64,000 bases of DNA from Candidatus Heimdallarchaeota archaeon. GTDB taxonomy: Archaea; Asgardarchaeota; Heimdallarchaeia; JABLTI01. The stretch lies in contig JABCTZ010000046.1 in NCBI GenBank assembly GCA_018238155.1, positions 32,001-96,000 of the forward strand. Direction: 5' to 3'. Shown here in pieces: positions 38,776-49,020 of the stretch (the first letter of the stretch is position 1; every line of letters begins with the position of its first letter). A program made the translations under genes and the position numbers. The notes beneath the pieces were generated by a model that ran no database searches, was not told the origin of the DNA, and was given only the letters and a program-made list of their open reading frames with translations.

Positions 38776-39846
38776 TTAGTGACGAGATAATGAGTTCATT
38801 ATCTTCTTAATAATCGGTTTTGCTTCATCTGATCTCAGAAAGCTATATGTTGTAGTTGGAACTAAATCAGTAATTTCAAACATTTTTTCTTCTCTGATTA
38901 ATGCACGAACTTTTGAAGCACTAATTGGTTCTCCATTCACATCTTTTCTAGGAATTACAGTCAATTCTATCCCTTTTGGAATCAAAATTTCTTTCATAGC
39001 CTGATTGTATGCATTTGTCACTAAATCAAATGGTTCTTCTCCAACAAACCTTCTCGTTATGTTAAGAGCGGGAGCAATGTGTTCGCCAAAAATTCTTACA
39101 TCCAATCTTGCTTGTCTTAATGATATATCATCAAAATCTTTCATAAAATATCTTGGAAAAGTTGCTGGTGAAATAATATAATCTCCTCCCTTCAAAACGA
39201 GAACATTATCAAGATGTTTTGTTCCTGCTTTTACTAATTGGTAACGGACATCGGTTGGAAACACAGAGCGATCTTCTGTGACTACAAAAACAAAAAGATA
39301 AGAGCACTCTTTTGCTGCTGTTTCAATAAGAAATTGGTGTCCTAAAGTAAAGGGATTACAATTTACTACAATTGATCCTATCGGACCTTTCTCTGTTTCC
39401 TCAATACCCCTTGTTTGAAACTTTAAATCATCAAGATATTCTCCAATAGAATTGGATCCCATTTCCAAAAGAACAATATCATCAGTTTTGCTAACAACTC
39501 TAAAACCGGTAAAAACATTTCCGGTAGTTTCTTCAATATTTTTTGGATTTGTAAAGACAAAGATGTGACTATTACCTCTCTTATACTGTTCCTTAACGAG
39601 TTGAGATAGAATATGAGCAGAGAGTCCTTCACCTCTCCTTGAAGGATCAATTGCAATGCACTTCAGAACCTTCCCATCAATGCTTCCAGTGCCAACCATT
39701 TCTCCAGTTGCATTATCAATTACTTTCAAAGTAACTTCAATATCTTCTTCGTATTCTAGGTTTTGTTTCTCGAGAAAAGCTTGAAACACTAGTTTCTGTC
39801 GAGCAGAAGGTTTCTCGTAAAATTCATCCAGATAAATTAATGACAT
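38776..39846 (-). CDS. citC: [Citrate (pro-3S)-lyase] ligase
   Basis: N-terminal GNAT-like (KCIAID...RGEGL) domain; NCNPFTLGH, YIISPATFP.YF, RFVGEEPF and ISASKVR motifs. Confidence 0.92.
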   Translation of the reverse strand: MSLIYLDEFYEKPSARQKLVFQAFLEKQNLEYEEDIEVTLKVIDNATGEMVGTGSIDGKVLKCIAIDPSRRGEGLSAHILSQLVKEQYKRGNSHIFVFTNPKNIEETTGNVFTGFRVVSKTDDIVLLEMGSNSIGEYLDDLKFQTRGIEETEKGPIGSIVVNCNPFTLGHQFLIETAAKECSYLFVFVVTEDRSVFPTDVRYQLVKAGTKHLDNVLVLKGGDYIISPATFPRYFMKDFDDISLRQARLDVRIFGEHIAPALNITRRFVGEEPFDLVTNAYNQAMKEILIPKGIELTVIPRKDVNGEPISASKVRALIREEKMFEITDLVPTTTYSFLRSDEAKPIIKKIMNSLSRH

Positions 39847-39892
39847 GATTTTTCGAACCTTTCACAATGTTATTTTGAAGAACCATAATTAG

Positions 39893-41248
39893 CTATTTAT
39901 TAAAATATTTTTGGAATGTTGGATTTTTATCTATGCATTTAATTTTGCTATCTGCTAGAAAAGACAAAGCTGCTCCTCCACTTAATATTAGATCTATTGC
40001 ATCACCAAAACCACTCGTTCGCATATAAGCAGCAGAATCACCACCCAGAATAGTTATGTGTAAATCTTTTTTCAAGAGTCTAGCCATAAAAGGTAAAGTA
40101 TTCAAACCGTACTCATCAATTTTTCCAAATGGACCTGCAAGAATAAAGGACCAATCGTAGTCTATTTTTCCATTTAAACTATTTATTAAAGGACCAATCG
40201 GTGTGGATAAATATGACAAAATTATATCATTAATAAAATAATTGATTGTGTGATCACCAACATCAAGAATAATTCCATCTTTGTATTTTTTAACATCAGA
40301 GACACTCAGAGTTCGAATAGTCCGTCCACTTTCACCTATTTTAACTGTGAAATCAATAGGTAAATAACAAGCAGCACCATTTTCCATGACCTGTAGAAGT
40401 TCTTTAGCTACATTAATCTCTTTGCAATCGAGAAATTCGTTATTAGCCTTACCAAGTGAAAGACCAGATGCTCGAATAAGAAGTTGAGCGGGGATTCCAC
40501 CAAAGAAAGCAATGACATTTTTCCGTTCAAGAATTTTCTTCATATTACCTAATTTATCAAATTTTGCCCCACCAAAACCAAACATAATCGGTTTAGAAGA
40601 ATACAATCTACTACGAATTTTACTTATTTCATTATATTCGTTGATAAACTCAGGACCAAAAAGTACAGGAGTGGTATCAAAAGTAGGAGCCATTGTTGTA
40701 GTTTCTCTATGAGAAGTTGGAAATGCATCTACAATATAGTAATCTAGAATTGAATCGAATGCTTTATTGAGCTCCTTTCTACCATTTTTTAAATTAGACT
40801 CCATAAAATCACCATTTGAGAGCTTTTCTGTTCGAGTGTTTTCTAACACAATGGCGTCTCCAGGAGCAAAACCAATAAAATCATATTCTGTTAAACTTAA
40901 AATAGGGTCATCTTGAAAATGAACATTGATATTATATAACATTCCATCAAGTAAATCTGCATGTGATTTCAAAGAAATACAAGTATCATCAGGACCATCT
41001 TTGGTCACTCGTCCTTGATGAGCAAAGATGATTGGTACATAACCCATTTTTGTTATACGAATAATTGTCTCTGCACAAACATTCATCCGTGGACTTTTAA
41101 CAACACTTTTGTAATCTTTCCCTTCAAAATGATCGACACTTAATGGACTATTTATGTCTACACGAATCCCAACAAAACCGTTTTTCTTAATCTTCATATT
41201 TTCATAGCTATTTTCTTGAATTATTTTATCGTAGACAGCTGGTTTCAT
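39893..41248 (-). CDS. pgk: Phosphoglycerate kinase, divergent
   Basis: RVDINSP, AHQGR, LENTR, DAFPTSHR, GGAK, GPFG, GGDS and GGA motifs. Confidence 0.8.
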   Translation of the reverse strand: MKPAVYDKIIQENSYENMKIKKNGFVGIRVDINSPLSVDHFEGKDYKSVVKSPRMNVCAETIIRITKMGYVPIIFAHQGRVTKDGPDDTCISLKSHADLLDGMLYNINVHFQDDPILSLTEYDFIGFAPGDAIVLENTRTEKLSNGDFMESNLKNGRKELNKAFDSILDYYIVDAFPTSHRETTTMAPTFDTTPVLFGPEFINEYNEISKIRSRLYSSKPIMFGFGGAKFDKLGNMKKILERKNVIAFFGGIPAQLLIRASGLSLGKANNEFLDCKEINVAKELLQVMENGAACYLPIDFTVKIGESGRTIRTLSVSDVKKYKDGIILDVGDHTINYFINDIILSYLSTPIGPLINSLNGKIDYDWSFILAGPFGKIDEYGLNTLPFMARLLKKDLHITILGGDSAAYMRTSGFGDAIDLILSGGAALSFLADSKIKCIDKNPTFQKYFNK

Positions 41249-41352
41249 AGAAGATTGCTCTCCTTCAGTTATTTGAGATAAATATATTATATGAGTATAA
41301 AATAATCTCTCAGATTATAAAATTTACTTTAGTGAAAAAATTGTTATTGTTT

Positions 41353-41739
41353 TTAAATAAGGAAATGCTGTATTTCGATGACGTATCCTTCTGTATCTTC
41401 GAATAGGAAACAACGGATATTCAATTCCTCAACATTATGAGGTTTCGACAAACATTTAACATTCTTTGTTTGTAATTTCATGAACCACTCATCTACGTCT
41501 TCAACTTTGTGTGTAACCAAAGTAATCATTACTGTTTTGTCCTTTTGCCAATTTAAATGCCCTCGCTTTTCATCCACAAGTCCAAGATGTGCACCTTCAG
41601 CTATTTTGTAAATCTTAGCCCAATCTTGGTCTACTGTTTTTTCCCAACCAAACAACTCCTCATAAAATTCAACAGCTTTCTTTAGGTCTTTATAATAAAT
41701 GAAACTTATTTGTGACTCAAAACTCATTATTCTCACCAA
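41353..41739 (-). CDS. VOC/glyoxalase family protein
   Basis: DLKKAVEFYEELFG...RCFLFEDTEGYVIEI. Confidence 0.9.
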   Translation of the reverse strand: MVRIMSFESQISFIYYKDLKKAVEFYEELFGWEKTVDQDWAKIYKIAEGAHLGLVDEKRGHLNWQKDKTVMITLVTHKVEDVDEWFMKLQTKNVKCLSKPHNVEELNIRCFLFEDTEGYVIEIQHFLI

Positions 41740-41820
41740 TATTTTGTTTGTCTTTTAATTGATTAAAAAGATTTTCAAAAAAAAAGATGAAGGAAATCAG
41801 ATAGCAATTAACTTTGCTAA

Positions 41821-43740
41821 TTACTGATATCTTTCTAATTTTTGTTTTAATTCTTCGATATCATTTTTGATTTCATTCAATTCATCTCTTTTCTTTTCTA
41901 ATTGAGTTTCAGATTGTTTCAATTTATTTAGGAATTCGTTTTTCAGATTCTCATCTTCTTTGATTACTACAAGATTATCTCTGATTCGTTTCTGATTTTT
42001 GAATTGATGCTGAACTTCATTAGTTATAGTTATGTGCTCTCGTTCTTTCTTTTTCACCAATTTAATGAGATCTAGGATTTTTTCCACCTTTCTTTTATCA
42101 GATTGGGAAATTAATCCTGTTTCAAAGTAAGAATCAAATTGACTGTCAGATAAATTTGATATCCAAATAGATTCAAACGTAGTTTTGTGGAATTTGAGAG
42201 TCTTAACAGAGTTTCCAGATTTTAACAGTAAATTGTATTGATAGTAATCCTTTGTTTCAGCATCAGGATCATCATCAGCTTGATAAGAACTCAATTTCGT
42301 TACTTCAAGTATTGTCGGTAAGCTTTCTTTGTTTCTATTTATGAATTTGAAAGTATATTTAAGCTCAGCAATTCTTTTAATTGAAAGGTAAGTGTCTTTC
42401 AGCTCAATTGCTTCAATTTTTGTTTGAGATGTTGTTTCCTTCATTGCAGATATGTCTTGATTTAATCGGAAAGCAATAAAATCTGTTCCGGTTAATATCA
42501 TGGAATCTCCGGCATAATTACCATCTAAGTAAATTGTTGCAGCACCTTTCTCAACATCAAATGGTTTTTTAAGTTTGATAGCATCCATTGCTTCAGTTAA
42601 TCGATCATCTCTTAGAATTACGCAAAGGTCACCATTTACTTTTTCATTAAAAATAGGTATTAGAGCACTTTGAGATCGATTTATTGTAATAGGATAATTA
42701 ACAACATAAGCAATTGCCGAACCTATCTTTTGTTTTTGAGTTTCAATAAATGGTTTAACTTCTTCTTCAAACTTCTTTGGAGGTATGCCTTTTGCTAGAG
42801 AAGCCATAAGCATTTTATCTCTTCTTGGAGCAGAACTAGGAGGAGGGGTCATGATACCCATCTTTGCTTTTCCACCACTTCCAACTTGAGAATATTCAGA
42901 CATAGACTCTTCCATAACATCATCAAAATCATCAAACATTCCACCTACTTCTGAAACTAATGGCGCAACACCTTTGGTATCACGTAGAATAATGGGTCTA
43001 TCAATATGAAGAGGATTAAATAAATCATATCGAAAGCTAACAGGTTTTCCAGTTACAATTCTCAGAACGACTTTTTCCCAATCTATTGATGTGGTATTAT
43101 CAATAATAGAAATGCCAATCATTTCGAGCTCTTTCTTTGCAATATCATAGAAAACACGATAAGACAATCGCCATGAGGACACAGGCATTACCCATGAAGC
43201 CCAAGAATCATTCTTGGCATTAATCTTTAGATTAACAACACCGGCTTTTCGTTTATTTGCTATTAGATTTAGGAAAGTATCTATATCCTTTTGCAATGTG
43301 GAATCAAGAATCTCCAGTTTCTTAATATCTTTTAAGGAGAAGTTTTGAATCTCATTTCCTATCTTCAAAACTAATACTTCATTATTATTGATAGGGATAT
43401 TTTCAGTTTCAGAATCGTCTTCGATTTCATCTACTCCTAAAACAATCCCCGTGTATTTCTTATCAGCTGAAATTATTACTTCCAAACCTACCAGATGACT
43501 GCACAGAGACAACAATGCTCCGTCAGCTTCGAAATCGATGCCAATTTTATCTAGAATCTTATCAATTTCTTCTGCAGAATTAAATCTAGCAGATGTCAAT
43601 CCATTTACTGACAATGACTTTAGTACATCATTGATGTCACTTTCATTAACAGGTAAAGTGAAATTTTTCTTTGGACAATCAGCAATGAAGAAACCAACTC
43701 CACTTTGATACAAAGTTACTTCTTTAATATTCAAGGTCAT
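41821..43740 (-). CDS. DUF4139-family protein, paralog 2
   Basis: VTLYQSGVGFF, INDVLKSL, SWRLSYR, DNTTSIDWEKV.L..VTGKP.SF; C-terminal coiled coil. Start set at ATG 43740 after GGAGG. Confidence 0.75.
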   Translation of the reverse strand: MTLNIKEVTLYQSGVGFFIADCPKKNFTLPVNESDINDVLKSLSVNGLTSARFNSAEEIDKILDKIGIDFEADGALLSLCSHLVGLEVIISADKKYTGIVLGVDEIEDDSETENIPINNNEVLVLKIGNEIQNFSLKDIKKLEILDSTLQKDIDTFLNLIANKRKAGVVNLKINAKNDSWASWVMPVSSWRLSYRVFYDIAKKELEMIGISIIDNTTSIDWEKVVLRIVTGKPVSFRYDLFNPLHIDRPIILRDTKGVAPLVSEVGGMFDDFDDVMEESMSEYSQVGSGGKAKMGIMTPPPSSAPRRDKMLMASLAKGIPPKKFEEEVKPFIETQKQKIGSAIAYVVNYPITINRSQSALIPIFNEKVNGDLCVILRDDRLTEAMDAIKLKKPFDVEKGAATIYLDGNYAGDSMILTGTDFIAFRLNQDISAMKETTSQTKIEAIELKDTYLSIKRIAELKYTFKFINRNKESLPTILEVTKLSSYQADDDPDAETKDYYQYNLLLKSGNSVKTLKFHKTTFESIWISNLSDSQFDSYFETGLISQSDKRKVEKILDLIKLVKKKEREHITITNEVQHQFKNQKRIRDNLVVIKEDENLKNEFLNKLKQSETQLEKKRDELNEIKNDIEELKQKLERYQ

Positions 43741-43755
43741 TTTCTTGTCCTCCAA

Positions 43756-45615
43756 TTAAATCTTCGTTCTCAATTTTTTGATATCTTGAGTGAGTTCTTT
43801 CACTTCACTCTCAAGATCTTCGAGATGCTTTTCAGAAATTTTCAATCGTTCAATATAGCTATTTCGTTCAGCTGCTTGCAAAATTTCTTGTAACACAGTA
43901 ATGTTATCTCTCAAGCGTTCTTGATTAGAATATTCATAATCGATTTCCTTTTCAATTGCAGTGAGTTCATTTTCCTTCTGAGCAATTTTTCTCAGATTAG
44001 CAAAAATCTTCAGTACCAATCGTTCATTTTTATCATCAAGAGTGCCATCTTTTATCATTTCCTTGACAACATCTTCTGAAAGATTACGAACGTAAAGACT
44101 TGTTAAATAGATTTTAGTGAAAGTGAATGTTTTCTCAGAGCTTCCTGGTTCAAGATCAAATTTATAGCGATAGAAATTTGTCGTTTCTTTTATCGGTTTT
44201 ATTTTAGGTTTATACTCCGCCAATTTTCCTATCTCTAAAACAATAGGCATTTTTTTATCAGAAATATTTAGAAACTTGAAATTATAGGTAGCTATTTGTG
44301 AGAATTTTTGATACATTTGATTCTTCTTGACTGACACACTGAGAGTTTTGCTTGTTTGTTCTACATATTTAATTGTATTAATATCTTGATTAATTCTAAA
44401 AGCAAGATAATCCGTTCCTCGAACTATCATTGCATCTCCAGCAAAGATATCATCAATATGTACAGTTGCTACACCTTTTTCTAAGTCTAAATCCTTACTA
44501 AATAGAATTGCATCCATTCCATCCTCAATTCTATCATCTCGAATGACAACACACAATTCACCTTTCATTGATTTATTAAATAGTGGAATCAATGAACTTT
44601 CAGAACGGTTGATAGTAACAGGTTTCACTACTTGATAAGTAACAGTTGCAGCTAATTCATCTTGGGAAGCGGTAGAAACTGTTTTCATAACATCTCTAGT
44701 TATGTCCCAACCTATGCGCCCTTCTAAACTCAAACCAGTAGTAGGTAATGTTTTTGGTGATTGTTTACTATGTCTCAGTCCATATTGCTCAGATTTCTTT
44801 CTCAAGTCATTGCTCCTTACTGCTGCTTGAGCTAATAAGGGGGAGATTCCCGTTTCTTCACGCGAAATCAAAGGTCGGTCAACATAATGAGGGGTATGCA
44901 AATCATGCTTGAAGCTTACTGGTCGACCGGTTACTAATTGCAGTTTAATCTTTTCCCAATCTATTCCTGTTGTATTATCAACTATTGCAATCCCTGTGAA
45001 ATCAGTACTGTTTTTTTCTTGTGAATACTGAACTCTATAAGACAATCTCCAAGCAGAAACTGGAGCAACCCATTGAATATTCGCATCATCTTTTGTTGTA
45101 ATAACGCTTAGATTTGTTACTCCAGCTTTTCTTGTTGATGCCTCTAGCTCTAAAAAAACATCCAAGTCTTTTTGTATCATTTCATCTAATATTTTTATTC
45201 GTTTTATCCTGCTAATTGGTAAATGCTGAATGGTATTTTTCTCTTGAATTATTAATACATCAACGCCACTTTCTTCATCGTCTATATCATCTAGCAATAA
45301 GAAATCAATACCGAGAACTTTCCCCTTGTAAATTTTATCAGTTTCTATTTCAATAGTTAAACCAATAAGATGTTTACTAAAAGAAATAAAAGCAGATTCA
45401 ACTTCAATATCCATTCCGATTTTTCTTTTAATGCAATCTTTCCCTTCTGCAGCACTAAAAGTCACTGATTTCAATCCGTCAACTGAAAGTGATTTAAGAA
45501 TATCATCCACATCATTTTCATTTACTGGTAGTACGAATTCCTTTTTAGAACATTTTCCAATAAAAAATCCTATCCCAGATTTATACAGTGTAATATTTTT
45601 GATTTGAAAGTTCAA
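43756..45615 (-). CDS. DUF4139-family protein, paralog 1
   Basis: ITLYKSGIGFF, VDDILKSL, AWRLSYR, DNTTGIDWEKI.L.LVTGRP.SF. Start set at TTG 45615 after AGGAG. Confidence 0.75.
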   Translation of the reverse strand: MNFQIKNITLYKSGIGFFIGKCSKKEFVLPVNENDVDDILKSLSVDGLKSVTFSAAEGKDCIKRKIGMDIEVESAFISFSKHLIGLTIEIETDKIYKGKVLGIDFLLLDDIDDEESGVDVLIIQEKNTIQHLPISRIKRIKILDEMIQKDLDVFLELEASTRKAGVTNLSVITTKDDANIQWVAPVSAWRLSYRVQYSQEKNSTDFTGIAIVDNTTGIDWEKIKLQLVTGRPVSFKHDLHTPHYVDRPLISREETGISPLLAQAAVRSNDLRKKSEQYGLRHSKQSPKTLPTTGLSLEGRIGWDITRDVMKTVSTASQDELAATVTYQVVKPVTINRSESSLIPLFNKSMKGELCVVIRDDRIEDGMDAILFSKDLDLEKGVATVHIDDIFAGDAMIVRGTDYLAFRINQDINTIKYVEQTSKTLSVSVKKNQMYQKFSQIATYNFKFLNISDKKMPIVLEIGKLAEYKPKIKPIKETTNFYRYKFDLEPGSSEKTFTFTKIYLTSLYVRNLSEDVVKEMIKDGTLDDKNERLVLKIFANLRKIAQKENELTAIEKEIDYEYSNQERLRDNITVLQEILQAAERNSYIERLKISEKHLEDLESEVKELTQDIKKLRTKI

Positions 45616-45802
45616 AGATCTAACTCCTAATACAAGCAAGAGAGATAATATACTAATCTAATTCTCTAACTTTTATTACTATTATTTATCACTCGAATAT
45701 TACTTATAATATTTTTTGAATTAAAAACAAAGAAAATTGTTTCAAAATCATTACTAAAAAATAAAAAAAAAGATTATTGTGCTGAATTCTTTAATGATTC
45801 AG

Positions 45803-46924
45803 CTATTTATTATACTTAATAATAAGCGCATCAGCAGTTGTATTTTCTGTCTTTGCGATTTTCTCAAGCGCTCTTCTACAAGCAATCTTTAAGGTATCTG
45901 TATTATTACTACTAATCATTTCAACCAAAATTGGTATAGACTTCTTGGAAGCAATATCTTCTAATGCTTCTGCAATATTGAATCGAAGAATTTCATTGTG
46001 TTCAATCTTCAAATATTTCTCAAAAATAGCTATAGAGGAATCATCAGCAACATCGCACAAAGCATTGACAATTTCTTCTTTGACCATTTCTTCAGCTTCA
46101 ATATTATACTGGTTGATTAGGATACGTGCAAGAGTTTTATCACCAATTCGTTTTGAAATTCCACCAATTGCAAAAGCTGAATTAGCACGATTAAAAGGAT
46201 TTTTATCACTTAATAGCTCTATTAATTGAGCCAAATCTTCTTCTGTACCATTTGAAATCAACCAATAAGTAGCTCTCTGACGTTCTGCTTCATTTTTTAT
46301 ACCAAGTTTTGTGATGGCCTTTTCGGCACTCATTTTTACTCGCTCATATTTTGTAACATTACCAACAACAGCATATGTTACTAAGCCGATTACAAGAATA
46401 GATGGAATAACGATCCAAAGCCACCAGAGGATGTGTTGATGTTCAACCATAATTACTGCTGATAATTCAGCACCATTTAAATTGAGGAATATCATTGTCC
46501 ATGGTTCCCAATCAGGGATAACAATGTTCTCCCCAACTAATGTAACAAGGATTTCTTTATCTAAAGCAGTAGAATATATTTTTGTTACAGAATCATTATA
46601 AAGGAAGTTCCCAGCAGAAATGTCACTCACAGATAAAGAAGCATTATTACGTATTCTAAACCAATCATAACGTGGTACAACAAAAACGTAAATTGTAGAA
46701 TCATTTGTGACAGTTTCTCCAAGTGTAATTTCTAATGTGAATCTTTGATTTTTATAATTTTCAACGGTATGAGTAAAAGCATCCACATATCCATGTTGCA
46801 ATTGTTTTGACTGATCAAAATCTGAGAGACCCATGACTAAGGTTGAAGAAATAATTGAAGTTGCTAATAATAATGTAAACGCTAACATATTTATTCGTAA
46901 GACTTTTTTCAGCTCAGTGCTCAT
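45803..46924 (-). CDS. Single-pass membrane protein: signal peptide, extracellular domain, TM helix, cytoplasmic HEAT repeats
   Basis: Hydrophobic N-terminus; WWLWIVIP... TM; DKNPFNRANSAFAIG, EEMVKEEIVNAL and NEILRFNIAEAL repeats. Confidence 0.7.
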   Translation of the reverse strand: MSTELKKVLRINMLAFTLLLATSIISSTLVMGLSDFDQSKQLQHGYVDAFTHTVENYKNQRFTLEITLGETVTNDSTIYVFVVPRYDWFRIRNNASLSVSDISAGNFLYNDSVTKIYSTALDKEILVTLVGENIVIPDWEPWTMIFLNLNGAELSAVIMVEHQHILWWLWIVIPSILVIGLVTYAVVGNVTKYERVKMSAEKAITKLGIKNEAERQRATYWLISNGTEEDLAQLIELLSDKNPFNRANSAFAIGGISKRIGDKTLARILINQYNIEAEEMVKEEIVNALCDVADDSSIAIFEKYLKIEHNEILRFNIAEALEDIASKKSIPILVEMISSNNTDTLKIACRRALEKIAKTENTTADALIIKYNK

Positions 46925-47093
46925 TTATTGATATCCTCCTAGATGATCAAATTAGCTTATCTAGTTATTATTATCTTGCACAATTATTCTAACTGCTTAA
47001 GAATATTTCCAAAAAATAGAAAATATCAATTTTATAGCTCCTTTCATTCTATTAGTTTATTTAGCAGCGATACAATGAAATCAAAAAACTACT

Positions 47094-47582
47094 TCAAATT
47101 TCTTTTTTTCGAGAAAAAACTGAATATCCAATTAAAGCAAATGTTGTTACACAGATATGAGAAACAGCTACTAAACCAGTTGATTCTGGTGTAATAGAGG
47201 GATTTTCTGCGACTGTCAAATATTTTGATATAAAACCACCTTGATTACAATAAGCTTTAACATTCAATATATCACCTACTGAACAATTAATACTGTAAAG
47301 TTGTATGAAGTAATTTCCGTTTTGGCTAGTGTATTCATGAGTTTGATTGAGAACAGAGTTCTTCTTTATCTTTATCAAATTAATATAATGAGAATCTCCA
47401 GATATTGGATGAGTAACGGTTGCACTTAATTCTCCTATATTAATATCGTATTCAATGATCATTCCAGAAGGAGTATGGCTTGCAGAAAAAAGCACATTTG
47501 AAGTCGAAAAAATAACAAATAAACTGAAAACTAGGATAGAAATTTTGATTCCGAATTTTGATTTTAAAGACGTGTTTTTCAC
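47094..47582 (-). CDS. Secreted, C-terminally anchored desulfoferrodoxin/SOR-like Ig-fold protein
   Basis: Signal peptide; SHTP, THP, SHYI and AYCNQGG motifs; C-terminal TM helix followed by RKK. Confidence 0.55.
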   Translation of the reverse strand: MKNTSLKSKFGIKISILVFSLFVIFSTSNVLFSASHTPSGMIIEYDINIGELSATVTHPISGDSHYINLIKIKKNSVLNQTHEYTSQNGNYFIQLYSINCSVGDILNVKAYCNQGGFISKYLTVAENPSITPESTGLVAVSHICVTTFALIGYSVFSRKKEI

Positions 47583-47698
47583 AATACTTCACCAAATTAG
47601 CATTTTCTTATTTTATGTGAGAACCTTCAAATAAATCTATCATTGATTTAGGAAAAAAAAAGATGAGTATGTTACTACTCAATTACTGTTGTCTATTA

Positions 47699-48865
47699 TT
47701 AGGCTTTTACTGGAGGAAGAGAAGATACTTTCTTTGGCTCTTTGGAAAGTTTAACATTTTCATCAATGAAAATCTCATGTGTATACAGAATTTCCCCTGT
47801 GACTCTTGTTCCGTCCTCAATAGATATATCTTCACCATAGATGTTTTTGATTCTACATCTTTCTTCAATACGAATATCTTTTCCATAGAGATCTCCAGTT
47901 GAAGCACGGTCAGAGATAACAATTTTCTCAGAATTAACTGTACCAATTACTTCTCCTCTTCGACCGATTTTAACATACTTGCCATTAATTAATAATGCTT
48001 GGAGTTTTCCACCGATTGTAATTTGATGTCCAGTCAATACTTTGTCCACAGAACAAGTGCCACCAACAGAAATATTCCCTGAGCAAGTTAAATTTTTATT
48101 GCAAACAAGAGTACCACCAACTTTCACCTCTTCTCCTTCAGCATTACCTTCAATCTTAATTGAACCACCGACATCCAGAGATCTAAATTCTAGATCTGAA
48201 AGAGCTTTAAAGGTGCCACCAACATCTATGTCCTGAATTTTTGACGCAACCAATAACTTAACAGTACCACCAACATCAATAATTTGGATATCCACTTTAT
48301 CATATGCTTTGAAAGTGCCACCTACTTTAATAGTGCCAAAAACACCACTTTCTGTTTTTAAAGTACCTCCAACATCTATTGAATCAACTTTAGCATTAGC
48401 ACTGAATTTTACAGTACCACCAACAGAAACAGAACCAATATCAGTTTCTCCTAAAACCTTCAAAGTTCCACCAACTCTAATAGACTCTATAGAAGTATCA
48501 CCTATGAATTTCGCAGTTCCACCAACAGTTGCAGAACTAATTTTTGTTATTGATTCTACAATCAATGATCCACCAACAGAAACTTCAGGGCAAAAAAAAG
48601 AACCGTTAATATCAAGTTTTTTATCAACAGATACTATTTGTTCTATTGTTAAATCACCATAAATTTCTGCTGATCCACTTTTTACTTTCAATGTCCTTGC
48701 TTGTAAATTGCCTTCACAAACAAAAGAACCTCTAGAAATAATAGAACCATTAACAACTATTGTTCCGTCCTCTGCAATGAGTGTTGCTTCTTTCCCTATC
48801 CTAAGATTTCCATTTACAACACCTAGTTTTTTTACTTGACCTTTTTCTACTCTTATTTCAGACAT
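47699..48865 (-). CDS. Bactofilin-like (polymer-forming) beta-helix repeat protein, VGG-repeat paralog
   Basis: About 17-aa repeats such as VGGTLKVLGETDIGSVS and VGGTVKFSANAKVDSID; end motif I..G.RVTG.I.YT. Confidence 0.7.
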   Translation of the reverse strand: MSEIRVEKGQVKKLGVVNGNLRIGKEATLIAEDGTIVVNGSIISRGSFVCEGNLQARTLKVKSGSAEIYGDLTIEQIVSVDKKLDINGSFFCPEVSVGGSLIVESITKISSATVGGTAKFIGDTSIESIRVGGTLKVLGETDIGSVSVGGTVKFSANAKVDSIDVGGTLKTESGVFGTIKVGGTFKAYDKVDIQIIDVGGTVKLLVASKIQDIDVGGTFKALSDLEFRSLDVGGSIKIEGNAEGEEVKVGGTLVCNKNLTCSGNISVGGTCSVDKVLTGHQITIGGKLQALLINGKYVKIGRRGEVIGTVNSEKIVISDRASTGDLYGKDIRIEERCRIKNIYGEDISIEDGTRVTGEILYTHEIFIDENVKLSKEPKKVSSLPPVKA

Positions 48866-48916
48866 ATGTTCATCACCAAAACTTATGCACTCTATTTATA
48901 GAGTAGCAATTTTTAA

Positions 48917-48972
48917 TATATAAAGGGAATTCACATTTTGTACTCTCAAGATGAGGTCACTTATTGTGACTT
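48917..48972 (-). promoter_or_regulatory. TATA box plus conserved double-palindrome element, copy 1
   Basis: tatataaa...aattcac-N10-CTCA-aga-TGAG-GTCAC-ttatt-GTGAC-tt. Confidence 0.65.
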
Positions 48973-48985
48973 AAAAGAAAAATTT

Positions 48986-49009
48986 AACTATTCTCTCAAG
49001 AGAATAGTT
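48986..49009 (-). terminator. 10-bp stem hairpin after the 49021 gene
   Basis: AACTATTCTC-TCAA-GAGAATAGTT, flanked by T-tracts on the minus strand. Confidence 0.6.
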
Positions 49010-49020
49010 CGAAAAAAAGA

